Source of the DNA: Salisapilia sapeloensis CBS 127946
Lineage: Eukaryota; Protista; Oomycota
Length of the DNA stretch: 64,000 nt
Direction: 5' to 3'
Assembly (NCBI GenBank): GCA_023334545.1
Contig: JAADVB010000017.1
Location: 68,748 to 132,747 of the forward strand
The position numbers and the translations under genes are program-made. Shown here one piece after another: positions 9,601-17,684 of the stretch. A model generated the notes under the pieces. It had not been told where the DNA came from. It did no database searches and was given only the letters and a program-made list of their open reading frames with translations. Each line of letters opens with the position of its first letter. Positions within the stretch are counted from its first letter, which is position 1.

Positions 9601-11489
9601 CTTATCTGACCAGTGCCAATGGTATACTGTCTTGCAGGACATGGTCTACAACTAGCTACACCATCACTTGCTTGAGTGACATCGTTATACGTGTTTATCG
9701 GACACGCTGTGCAGACTGTAGCTTCACTGAGACTGTAGAAACCTTTGGGGCATGGCCAGCATCTATCTCGTGAAGCCAGTAAGCTCTCTGGGCTGTACGT
9801 TCCTGGAGTGCAAGATAAGCAAGCATCGCTTCCTCCATGACTCCAGAATCCTGCACTACACTCGGTACAGGAAGAAGAAGCACTGCTATCAGAGAACATT
9901 CCTGCAGCACAAGACTTGCAGGCTGTGGATCCTAGTGAATCTGCGAAAAAACCTGGCTCACAGGGTTTACAGACATCTTCAGTCGTAGCGCCATCAATAG
10001 TAGAGGCAGTACCATTGGGGCATGGTGTGCATGAACTATCATCCGTTTTGCCGACTTCGGACGAATAAGTGCCAGCAGGACATTTCGTACAAGCAATCGC
10101 TCCAACTCCTGAATAATATCCTGCTGAGCATAACTGACATTCATTTGCACCAACATTAAAATAGCTGCCTGCATCGCATGGCAGGCATTTGTATTTGCCA
10201 TCACAAAATACAATTTTGCTTCCGGCTAAACAGTATGGAGCAACATAAGTTGTAACTTCGATTCGTGTCGTGATCACAACGTAGCGGTCTTTACCGCCAA
10301 AGATGACAAGTTTAGAAGATGCTGGATCATACGTAAGCGAATGATCTCGTCTCCTTGACTTGTAAAGTGATGTCTGACGAAGCTGAATCCATTGCGTGGC
10401 ATTCGTGTTGAGTTCCCATACATCGTCTAGAAAATCATTTGGGAAGACGGAGGAGCCTCCAGCAAGTGTGATTCTTCCGTCATCTATGTACACAAAGTGA
10501 GTTCCAAACCGAGGACCTGGTGTGGGGTCACTAGGTGATAATAGTTCCCAGATATAGGCCTGTCTTTCTATAGGAAGCTCCGAAGTGTCTGGACCAGGAC
10601 AAAGTTTCCATAGGTCACTAAAGATACCACGATCTGTAGCTGAGCTTTTACCACCGTACATAATAAGACAGGATGCAGCATTTGTTTTAAAATTTATGGA
10701 AGTCGCCATTGCACTGTGGAAGGCTCGTGGAGAGGGTAGAGCAGAGCTGTTGGAAATGTTTAGAGCATGCCAAGATACAGCAGGACTACGTTTTGAACAG
10801 TCATCACCGGAATACCGCGTTATAAGAGCAAGATACACATCATTCAGCTCGATGTAGTCCTCGTTTAGTCCTCCAAAGACGATCCCACCTATATGGGAAT
10901 CATTGGAACTGATTGGTGTGAAAGAGTGACCAGTACGTCGCTCTGGATAACCATCCGGATTATCCTCTTCTTTGACTTCTGGCACGAGCTCGTCCCAAAC
11001 GGCTTTAGACGTACCCTCCTTTAAGCATAGACGCCAAAGGTCATTTAAGAACTCTTGTTGCCGTCCACCAAAGACAAAAATGGCGTTGTTGGCATTAGAT
11101 GTGAAGGAAGCATGATCCGTTCGACTAGCAGGTGAAACAAATACATCATCGTAGACAGCATTATTAGCAGGTGCTGTCGAGGAAAGTATTTCTTCCTGCG
11201 GGCTTGTAAACTGGTTTGCTTTAAAATCAAAGACTAGTATCGGGAAATCCGTAACAGGTTGAGTAGCCTCTATTTCAATACCACCAATAATCACAATGTT
11301 CGAAGATGCTGCATGTAGTTCAGCTGTGTGTGATATACGTGTAAATGATTCTTCACCCTCAATCTCTGTCCAATCTAATGACTCATGACTGTCTTCAGCG
11401 ATTCTTAATTTTCCGCAATCGTACTCACTAGCAAGGGAAGTAGCGACGAAGGAAATCACGATAAAGCAGAATGTTGTGTGATAATGCAT
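6636..11489 (-). CDS. Large secreted mosaic protein, about 1598 aa: signal peptide, Kelch repeats, Cys-rich (GCC2/TNFR-like) repeats, EGF-like, Calx-beta-like and vWA-like regions
   Basis: MHYHTTFCFIVISFVATSLA signal-like start; five H...(F/Y/A)GG Kelch-type blades; many CxxCxxGxxS repeats; CSDLGMCVYGGCECYEGWTGGDC. Predicted 57-nt intron 6781-6837. Confidence 0.8.
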   Translation of the reverse strand: MHYHTTFCFIVISFVATSLASEYDCGKLRIAEDSHESLDWTEIEGEESFTRISHTAELHAASSNIVIIGGIEIEATQPVTDFPILVFDFKANQFTSPQEEILSSTAPANNAVYDDVFVSPASRTDHASFTSNANNAIFVFGGRQQEFLNDLWRLCLKEGTSKAVWDELVPEVKEEDNPDGYPERRTGHSFTPISSNDSHIGGIVFGGLNEDYIELNDVYLALITRYSGDDCSKRSPAVSWHALNISNSSALPSPRAFHSAMATSINFKTNAASCLIMYGGKSSATDRGIFSDLWKLCPGPDTSELPIERQAYIWELLSPSDPTPGPRFGTHFVYIDDGRITLAGGSSVFPNDFLDDVWELNTNATQWIQLRQTSLYKSRRRDHSLTYDPASSKLVIFGGKDRYVVITTRIEVTTYVAPYCLAGSKIVFCDGKYKCLPCDAGSYFNVGANECQLCSAGYYSGVGAIACTKCPAGTYSSEVGKTDDSSCTPCPNGTASTIDGATTEDVCKPCEPGFFADSLGSTACKSCAAGMFSDSSASSSCTECSAGFWSHGGSDACLSCTPGTYSPESLLASRDRCWPCPKGFYSLSEATVCTACPINTYNDVTQASDGVASCRPCPARQYTIGTGQISCVYCPPGSTFQLVQCQPCNPGSFSSVITNGLCLPCAENTYTSISGSISCEACPNGTITAASGAASIADCQSCDFGYHISEGKQSCQACEVGTTASTLPGTCDACPPGSYMPNKGSINTCIDCLANTFSSSAGSSVCHECTDNAYALDKWEGCMSCEESNNGAPSCPSGRNGKVCSDLGMCVYGGCECYEGWTGGDCSERSPISTIMTSSVLYFDHSHPIVVDKVDGDTASMQTTITIRRDGDPDVPLEAVVSLKRSNITVLPSDLPINVALPRGEIQIELQLALENISPTDRCREVVLQLVDVDDSLATSAVSVELDNQVTLYIDDGNGPLGGIERSTKQPYRIDLPGIPTVDIALDYIAPTEVTMMAVTMLETQASISDIPFEMTFVLDGTLPDAKSCCSLLPAVIAYLQSTFDSHGGIFFSTVDTMKTKITFHEDLLSYFSRADEILLDGSNEATMTWSHLTDSLQAGFSEDENSYRRHLLVIFESDALVEDIAGQRQTAEALHNKSAFAFILSVGESKLDLVDEFVMATISAENWGTLPRTVATAVKAFKHEHIDILQDNFNLVSNVDIVDDEQNVAALPSVILSLTAIPRSVSSAMIVIGLPGLISIQVIVSSPPPACSTVNPVLPPFESHETGWLRNWHLLSEDEVIRSWETASDPSASIALHEDTSLLRTKRTAVLQLRGSDTSSILLRKRIDSPWLQQGLPVILRGYVRRQQPAIEVDAPSCALTLATGIEMVHASSVHFQSKTTQSSWEYGWTRLELQEDIESIFVTLICTSSSTETEVDVALLGLFPDPAYACECPQGHYHDTTRDSMCVRCPGGSLCVAGMKNVCPSGYFSFGEAHICEACRSGAICIDGHIGMCQSGTFASADGIQCEICPAGYSCRNGKKFICLPGTFAPVGSSECESCPPGSMSINSGYVHSLILPLLTFNQHLIYSSSSCGLCSADTTSEYQRDHCSSCLLGEVTTSHGQHPCQSLTIIEMSL

Positions 11490-11644
11490 TTCTACATGCA
11501 ATTGATTTGATGCCAACCGTTCCGACAAGTTGCAAATGAGGTAGCTAGAAAGCGTTTTGTCATTCTTCTTATGGATGTGTATGTAAGATTGAGACGTTTC
11601 ACCTAAGCTGAAAAAGCACCATTCAGAAGGTGTTTCAATTGAAT

Positions 11645-14176
11645 ATGACTGTCATCGCCGAGTCCGAGCGTATTGATCTATTGGAGGAGCAACTGAAGCA
11701 AAGCAAGCGAGAGAATGAACATCATATCGCGGAGATCCATGCCAAGCATATCTTGCTTACTCGCAAAGGCGAGCGGATTGAAGAATTACTACAAGAGCTC
11801 ACCGATCGAGATGCTCAAATATCTTCCTTGTCCATGCAATGTGAGAACCAAAAGGAATCGGTACTGCAAGCAAATGAACGTATTCAAATGTTTGAAGAAG
11901 AAAATGAAATGATACATGCAACTCTAGCATCAGTTCAGGCTGATCGGGAGAAGCTTGCACAGTCTGAGGCTAATCTTAAACACGAGCTGGCAACTTCGAT
12001 CAAAGCACTCTCGCGTCGAAGGGAGGTCAAAACGCCATCGACGCCATCTCATAGGCCAACTCGAAAACTTGAGAAGGCTGACGTGTGCCTATCCCCACGA
12101 AGTTTCTCCGAGAATCAACTCATTGCGTTGCGTGACGAGGCGATCGAAGCAAAAACAAAGGAAGTTTGGATCTTGTCTGGTCAGAATAACCGTTTAATGG
12201 TGCAGCTAAACGATCTCGAGAGTGCATTGGAAGAACTTCAGTCAAATTACACAACGCAGGAACAAATGCTACTAAAGAAGCAACGTAGGATTCAAAATCT
12301 CGAAGGAGAGCTGGGTAAAATACAAAAGCAGTTATCTGTTGTTTCTGGTCAGCATCAAGCCCTCGATATCGCAGCAGCACAAAATACTTCTTTATTACGT
12401 GCATTGGAAACCCAGGAACATACAAAGACAGACATTCAAGCAAAGCTCGCTTTAGTAGAAGAGGAACGAGATGCTTTACGTACTGAAGTGCAAAAGTATC
12501 ATTTAAAGCTTTCCACAGCTGAAGCAGAGACGTTTGTTTCGGCAACAAAAGCGGAACATTCAAGCACATCGTTACAACAAGTTCAACAGAAATGGCTACA
12601 GGAGCGACAAAGTTTGCGAGAAGAATTGGCAGAAGTGCGCCTGCAACATCAAGTTGAGCTCGAACATGTTCGCAGTGAGTTAGTGATGCGACGGAACAAG
12701 CAATACGATCTGACGCTACGGTTGCAAAACGTAGAAGCAGAGTTACAGGAAGTAAAAGATGTACTGGAGGCAACAGAGCAAAAGTTATGTTACAGGGAGA
12801 GCTGTCTTCAGGAGACAACACGATCGCTCCAGGCATCTATTGAGAAAAACAGGGCATTAGAGACAGAGGCAGCTGATACTAAAAGTAAATTGGCAAGTAC
12901 GATAGAAACGCATGAGAGCTTTTTATCTGATAAAGATCAAGAAATGAAGGTACTCCAGAGTTTAGCGGAGGAGCAGCAGGATAAAATATCAAAGCAGAAT
13001 GGAGCAAATCGCGGTTGGGAAAACCGGGTGAAAAGCCTACATGAAGATCTTTTCAGATTGGAAGCTCTGAATAAGGAGCAAAGCGCTCGAATTAAACGCT
13101 TGGTAGATGAAGCCGCGAGAGAGTCAAAGCTCAAAGAGGAAGCGAGAACTGCTTCGAAAGCAGCTGAGAAGCAATTGCAAGTCATGAAAGATCACATGGA
13201 AAAACTAATGAAAGACGCAGACGAACGAGTTCAAGTAGCTACTGACAAATGCAACAAGTTTAAGAGTCAAGTTCGACTGCTTGAAATTGATCAACAGTAT
13301 CTTTCATCTGCTACGAGACGCCTTGTTCAAAAGTTGATGGATCTCTTGTCTGTATACCCCTGCAGCGAGACGCCTGAAAGCGTCTTACAGACATTGCATT
13401 CACTTGGATGGTTTGCTCGTGGTCATCTAGAACTAAGAGACTGTGCGATCGACAATGACGATCTAAAGCTTCTGTGTACAAGCCTAGTTCCCTTGGCAGA
13501 TGTAATGCAAGTGCTGGACTTGCAAGGAAACTGGATCACAGATGAAAGTATAGCTTGTGTAGCTGGGTTTCTGCATCGACTCTTTCGACCACTGAGAGGG
13601 CATACAAATGTACCAAACGCGTATTGTTTGAAGAAAGTAAACCTTCGGAACAATTGCATTTCGTTGGTAGGCATACGCTCCATGGCAACCGCCCTCGAGC
13701 GATTAACGTATCGAACTAGCAATATGATGGGGAGTAAGTCGTCGACAAAAACGATGGAAAGATTGTTTCACCGAGTTTCCACATCTTTGAGCGGATGCAT
13801 CGAGTGCTATGAAAATGACAGCAACACTGTCGTACTAACAATCGACATTGGGAACAGCAATAACGTACGGTTGCCTCCTGAAAAGCTACCATTACAAGTT
13901 ATTCGTTCCTCAGTGACGGAAACGAGGATTCCAACAATTCGAAAGGATATTTCAGAAATCTACGAAGTGGACCTTGTCAAAACATTTATGCCGGAGGTAT
14001 GTGCACCATCTCGACAGTCAGGAGGTCCAGAGCTCGTCGGCTTACATCGACGCAACTCTGCCGATTTGAGCTCGCCACAAAGTCCGGGTACTAGCAACAA
14101 CGATAACGAGATAGCAAGTAGTTTCTCAGGAGCTTCTTTGCCGAGCAGTGTATCTCTACCAAAACTTTCAATCTAG
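11645..14176 (+). CDS. Long coiled-coil protein with C-terminal RI-type leucine-rich repeats, 843 aa
   Basis: About 570 aa rich in E/K/Q/L heptads, then LELRDCAI, LDLQGNWI, VNLRNNCI. Confidence 0.8.
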   Translation: MTVIAESERIDLLEEQLKQSKRENEHHIAEIHAKHILLTRKGERIEELLQELTDRDAQISSLSMQCENQKESVLQANERIQMFEEENEMIHATLASVQADREKLAQSEANLKHELATSIKALSRRREVKTPSTPSHRPTRKLEKADVCLSPRSFSENQLIALRDEAIEAKTKEVWILSGQNNRLMVQLNDLESALEELQSNYTTQEQMLLKKQRRIQNLEGELGKIQKQLSVVSGQHQALDIAAAQNTSLLRALETQEHTKTDIQAKLALVEEERDALRTEVQKYHLKLSTAEAETFVSATKAEHSSTSLQQVQQKWLQERQSLREELAEVRLQHQVELEHVRSELVMRRNKQYDLTLRLQNVEAELQEVKDVLEATEQKLCYRESCLQETTRSLQASIEKNRALETEAADTKSKLASTIETHESFLSDKDQEMKVLQSLAEEQQDKISKQNGANRGWENRVKSLHEDLFRLEALNKEQSARIKRLVDEAARESKLKEEARTASKAAEKQLQVMKDHMEKLMKDADERVQVATDKCNKFKSQVRLLEIDQQYLSSATRRLVQKLMDLLSVYPCSETPESVLQTLHSLGWFARGHLELRDCAIDNDDLKLLCTSLVPLADVMQVLDLQGNWITDESIACVAGFLHRLFRPLRGHTNVPNAYCLKKVNLRNNCISLVGIRSMATALERLTYRTSNMMGSKSSTKTMERLFHRVSTSLSGCIECYENDSNTVVLTIDIGNSNNVRLPPEKLPLQVIRSSVTETRIPTIRKDISEIYEVDLVKTFMPEVCAPSRQSGGPELVGLHRRNSADLSSPQSPGTSNNDNEIASSFSGASLPSSVSLPKLSI

Positions 14177-14294
14177 AATGCGAGTCAATACATCGTAAGC
14201 TCACCTTCACCAGCACCTTATCATGCTATTTATGGCTTCTCGACTAATGCAAACGATTAACTTGATTTCCATTTCAAAGTCGTTTTAACGATCG

Positions 14295-17200
14295 ATGGCT
14301 GTCGGAAAAAAGTATCGTCACCGGCGCAAACGGACTTTAGTTCGAGATAGCACCATTAAAGATGCAGAGTACAAGAGAAAACCGCCAGGACCAAATGCAC
14401 TGTGGCTCAAGCTTAATGTTGCTATTAAAACAGCGCGATTGCAGTCATTGAAGCGGAATAAGTACCAACATCTCCAAGAAGAAGCTATATTGAAAGCTCG
14501 TGGATTACTACAAAACTGGGAGGATCAGCCTGTGGTCTTGACGGAAGACTTGTACCACCAAGCAACTCGAACGGGTGAGTCTGATGCTGATGAACTCGAA
14601 AATTATACACCCGAAGCGTTGGCTTTTCGATTCAGTCTTCGAAATGATCCAGACATCCTTGACGCGGCAAGAGAAATATGGAATATCTCTATGCCCCGTG
14701 ATGAGCTTGGACGTATTAATGAGCGTAGTTATACAGCATTATTTAAGCGCATTGCAAAGAGTTTGAAACCAGAAAGCTACAAGAAGAGTAAAGTGAGTAA
14801 GACCATTGCACAAGACTGGCGACGAGATAGTCGTGGACAATCGCACATAGGCTTTGCTGATTTCTTTGATAGCATATTTGAACTCGCAGACTTGTGGTGT
14901 GAATCGATTGATGTCGATGAGTACGTCAGCTTTTTAGGTGATCTGATGAAGCGGGTGAGCCGAGGGACAAAAGATGGCAAGCGAGTCTTTCGAGCAATAG
15001 CTCAAGTAGGAGCGATTGATGAAGACTTTGAATCATCCAGTGAGGAGGAGAGTGAAAGTGAAAGTGAAAGTGAAGAAGATGAAGATGAAGGTGAAACTGT
15101 TTCTAAAGATCTGCGTATGACACGAAGCACCATTGAAGATGGAACGTCAATGGAATCTCTACAAAACTTGCTTGTTGCTAAAGCTATCGACTGTCATCCT
15201 CTCTCACCTTCATCGTCACAGCAAAATCATCTACGACGGATATCGATGGATAAGTCTCCTGCATTGTTACCACCAACTTCGTCGCGGCTACTGGAACACC
15301 GGCCAAGCAATGTAGCGATGGTGCACTTTGACGCGGATGGTTATGACACAAATGAGCCATGCATGACAGCTATAAGACTCCGGTCTTGTAGTGTATCCGG
15401 AATTGCGTGTAAGCCAATGGATACCAGTTTGGATTATAAGTTGGATACACACAGAAAGAGTGCATCTCGTAGATTCTCGCGGTTTGACCTTCAAACCATT
15501 TCGCCAAATAACAACGCAACACACGTAGAACCTCTTACGTCTGCACTGGACAAAGAGGGTTTATCAGTTAATGAAAACACACGGGAAGTACGTAAAGCAC
15601 GGCTGAATGAGGATGATGAGTCGAAAATTACCAGTGAAGAGGGCGGCGAGGTAGCATTGTCGAGATACAGTGAGCGACAGCCAACAATATCGGCTATTAC
15701 GCGGAAAATTCATTCTGCAGGCAAGCGGCCTAGTACCGGAGACTCTGTGCGAGCTGAAAATAAAGTTGAAGAACTTGCTAAGAGCATAGCAGTAAAGGCC
15801 GAGCGTAGCTTGATAAACTCCGCCTCTAGTGACAGACGAAAGACTAAATGCGCTGATGGTAATCAAAAAGCGAAGGGTCTTATGCGCAATACTGCTATCA
15901 CCACTGACGCAGAGACCTCTCAATACAATCGTGCCATTTCAAGGCGCAATGCAAAGTCTGCCTTGCCTGCGAAAGAACAATTATTTCAGTTTGACGATCA
16001 GCAAGTCGTTCAGCGCGAAAACTTTTATGCGCCAGTTCGTCGGGGCAAACAAAATCGCAAACCTCCCACAGAGACGAAGCGAAAGCTTCCACCGATGCAG
16101 CAATACATCCTCTCGGAACCAGAACATGCACCAAGAACATTTAGCCCACCTCCAAAGTATATCGAGACTCCCGCAAAGGAGATCTACAATGATTTTTCCG
16201 ATGCTTATACGACCATCAGCTATGGGAAGCCTGATACACCAAACAAGGAAAAGGATGGAGGCCGGCTTAGTAAAGGAGAAGCTAAGCAAAATACATCGTC
16301 GACGAGTGGTTTCCAGACGTATGACTTTGTTTTACCACTGGATACAACGAGGAAAAGCATTGCTCTAAATTCAAAGCAACGTTCTAGTATCGTGCCAAAG
16401 CAAGGGACAGAGAGGGCAGTTGATAAACGTCCTGGAAGTGGAGGAGTAAGATATGTTAAAGTGGATTGTCGATGTGGTAGTGCCACTACCGTCTCAGATT
16501 CAGATAATACAATGGACACGCATTGGGATGATATTCCAAGTACAAGGTCGGATGACTACGAAAGTTTATCGCTGGCGATCAACCAGTCACCTCTAGCGCT
16601 GGATTTAAAGCCTCAAAGTTTATCTTTAATTCATCCAGTGAAAAGTACACCAAGTGCTAAGCTGGGAAATGCAAATCCTGGAAAGAGTTCGTCCATACCT
16701 TTTTCGGCATCCACCAAAATATCGCGACAGGAAAACCTGTCTTTGGATGCTTTGGGCATTGGACAAACTTCACCGTCTCGACATTCTGCAGGTCTAGACC
16801 CAAGCAAGTCTTTACCTGTAATGAAAAACATGAGAGGCGAGTTATCTTCTGCTCCGTCAACAATAAATTCTATTGGCACCGCTGACCATCCAAGGTTTCC
16901 TCCAAGTGTTTCTACTAAAGAAACTTACGGGATGTTTACGTCTAACAAAGACATGGCTGTGTCAGCAGCAACGCTAATACCTCACACTAGGCTCAGCTCT
17001 CCCAATAGCAGTAGCTCTAAAACAAGGCTGTTGGGTAAAGAGTCGAAAATGCCTATTTCTCGAAGTCCTGGAAAAGATGTATTGGCGACTCAGCACTCTT
17101 ACTTCACGGACAGCACTCCTGCAGTTCGATCGCGCACAGCTCCATCATTGTCCTTTGCACACGACTTGGTCGGATTTCCTATCGATATGGTTCCGTTCCG

Positions 17201-17555
17201 AGCCGTCGAGATGTCTCGTGGTAACCAAAGTCCTCGGGCCATTTCCACTATAAACGTCTCGGATGCACGAAAGTTGCATGCAGAGTCTGGGAGGAAGGAA
17301 ACGAATGAATCTGCCACAGTGATCGTGAATGCATATCGAGAGATCGTGTTAGAACCACGTAGTAAGATCGACGATGCTGTCGCCAAGAGCCAACGCACAG
17401 CTTTATCGCCTGAAGACATAATCCAACGACGGTATCAGTACAAACACGGTCGCCAATGGGTCGACAAGAGTAAGATAGAAGAGTACATCGAGTACGAGTA
17501 CATCGAGTACATTCCGATGCACATCGAAGACACAGAAATGGATTTAAACACATAA
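14295..17555 (+). CDS. Hypothetical protein, 1086 aa: N-terminal helical/EF-hand-like domain, acidic tract, long S/T/K-rich region
   Basis: Uninterrupted ATG-to-TAA ORF; EF-like segment DWRRDSRGQSHIGFADFFDSIFELADLW; E/S run near 15040-15090. Confidence 0.8.
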   Translation: MAVGKKYRHRRKRTLVRDSTIKDAEYKRKPPGPNALWLKLNVAIKTARLQSLKRNKYQHLQEEAILKARGLLQNWEDQPVVLTEDLYHQATRTGESDADELENYTPEALAFRFSLRNDPDILDAAREIWNISMPRDELGRINERSYTALFKRIAKSLKPESYKKSKVSKTIAQDWRRDSRGQSHIGFADFFDSIFELADLWCESIDVDEYVSFLGDLMKRVSRGTKDGKRVFRAIAQVGAIDEDFESSSEEESESESESEEDEDEGETVSKDLRMTRSTIEDGTSMESLQNLLVAKAIDCHPLSPSSSQQNHLRRISMDKSPALLPPTSSRLLEHRPSNVAMVHFDADGYDTNEPCMTAIRLRSCSVSGIACKPMDTSLDYKLDTHRKSASRRFSRFDLQTISPNNNATHVEPLTSALDKEGLSVNENTREVRKARLNEDDESKITSEEGGEVALSRYSERQPTISAITRKIHSAGKRPSTGDSVRAENKVEELAKSIAVKAERSLINSASSDRRKTKCADGNQKAKGLMRNTAITTDAETSQYNRAISRRNAKSALPAKEQLFQFDDQQVVQRENFYAPVRRGKQNRKPPTETKRKLPPMQQYILSEPEHAPRTFSPPPKYIETPAKEIYNDFSDAYTTISYGKPDTPNKEKDGGRLSKGEAKQNTSSTSGFQTYDFVLPLDTTRKSIALNSKQRSSIVPKQGTERAVDKRPGSGGVRYVKVDCRCGSATTVSDSDNTMDTHWDDIPSTRSDDYESLSLAINQSPLALDLKPQSLSLIHPVKSTPSAKLGNANPGKSSSIPFSASTKISRQENLSLDALGIGQTSPSRHSAGLDPSKSLPVMKNMRGELSSAPSTINSIGTADHPRFPPSVSTKETYGMFTSNKDMAVSAATLIPHTRLSSPNSSSSKTRLLGKESKMPISRSPGKDVLATQHSYFTDSTPAVRSRTAPSLSFAHDLVGFPIDMVPFRAVEMSRGNQSPRAISTINVSDARKLHAESGRKETNESATVIVNAYREIVLEPRSKIDDAVAKSQRTALSPEDIIQRRYQYKHGRQWVDKSKIEEYIEYEYIEYIPMHIEDTEMDLNT

Positions 17556-17684
17556 GACAAAAGCGTTTAACAAATTTTTCTTCTTTCATACGAAATACCT
17601 CTCGTCGAGGTGTAATCCAGTGCGAACAAAAGTCCAAAGGTGTCAAAATGAACATTTTTCGTCTCCAAGCCAACACTTTTTCAC

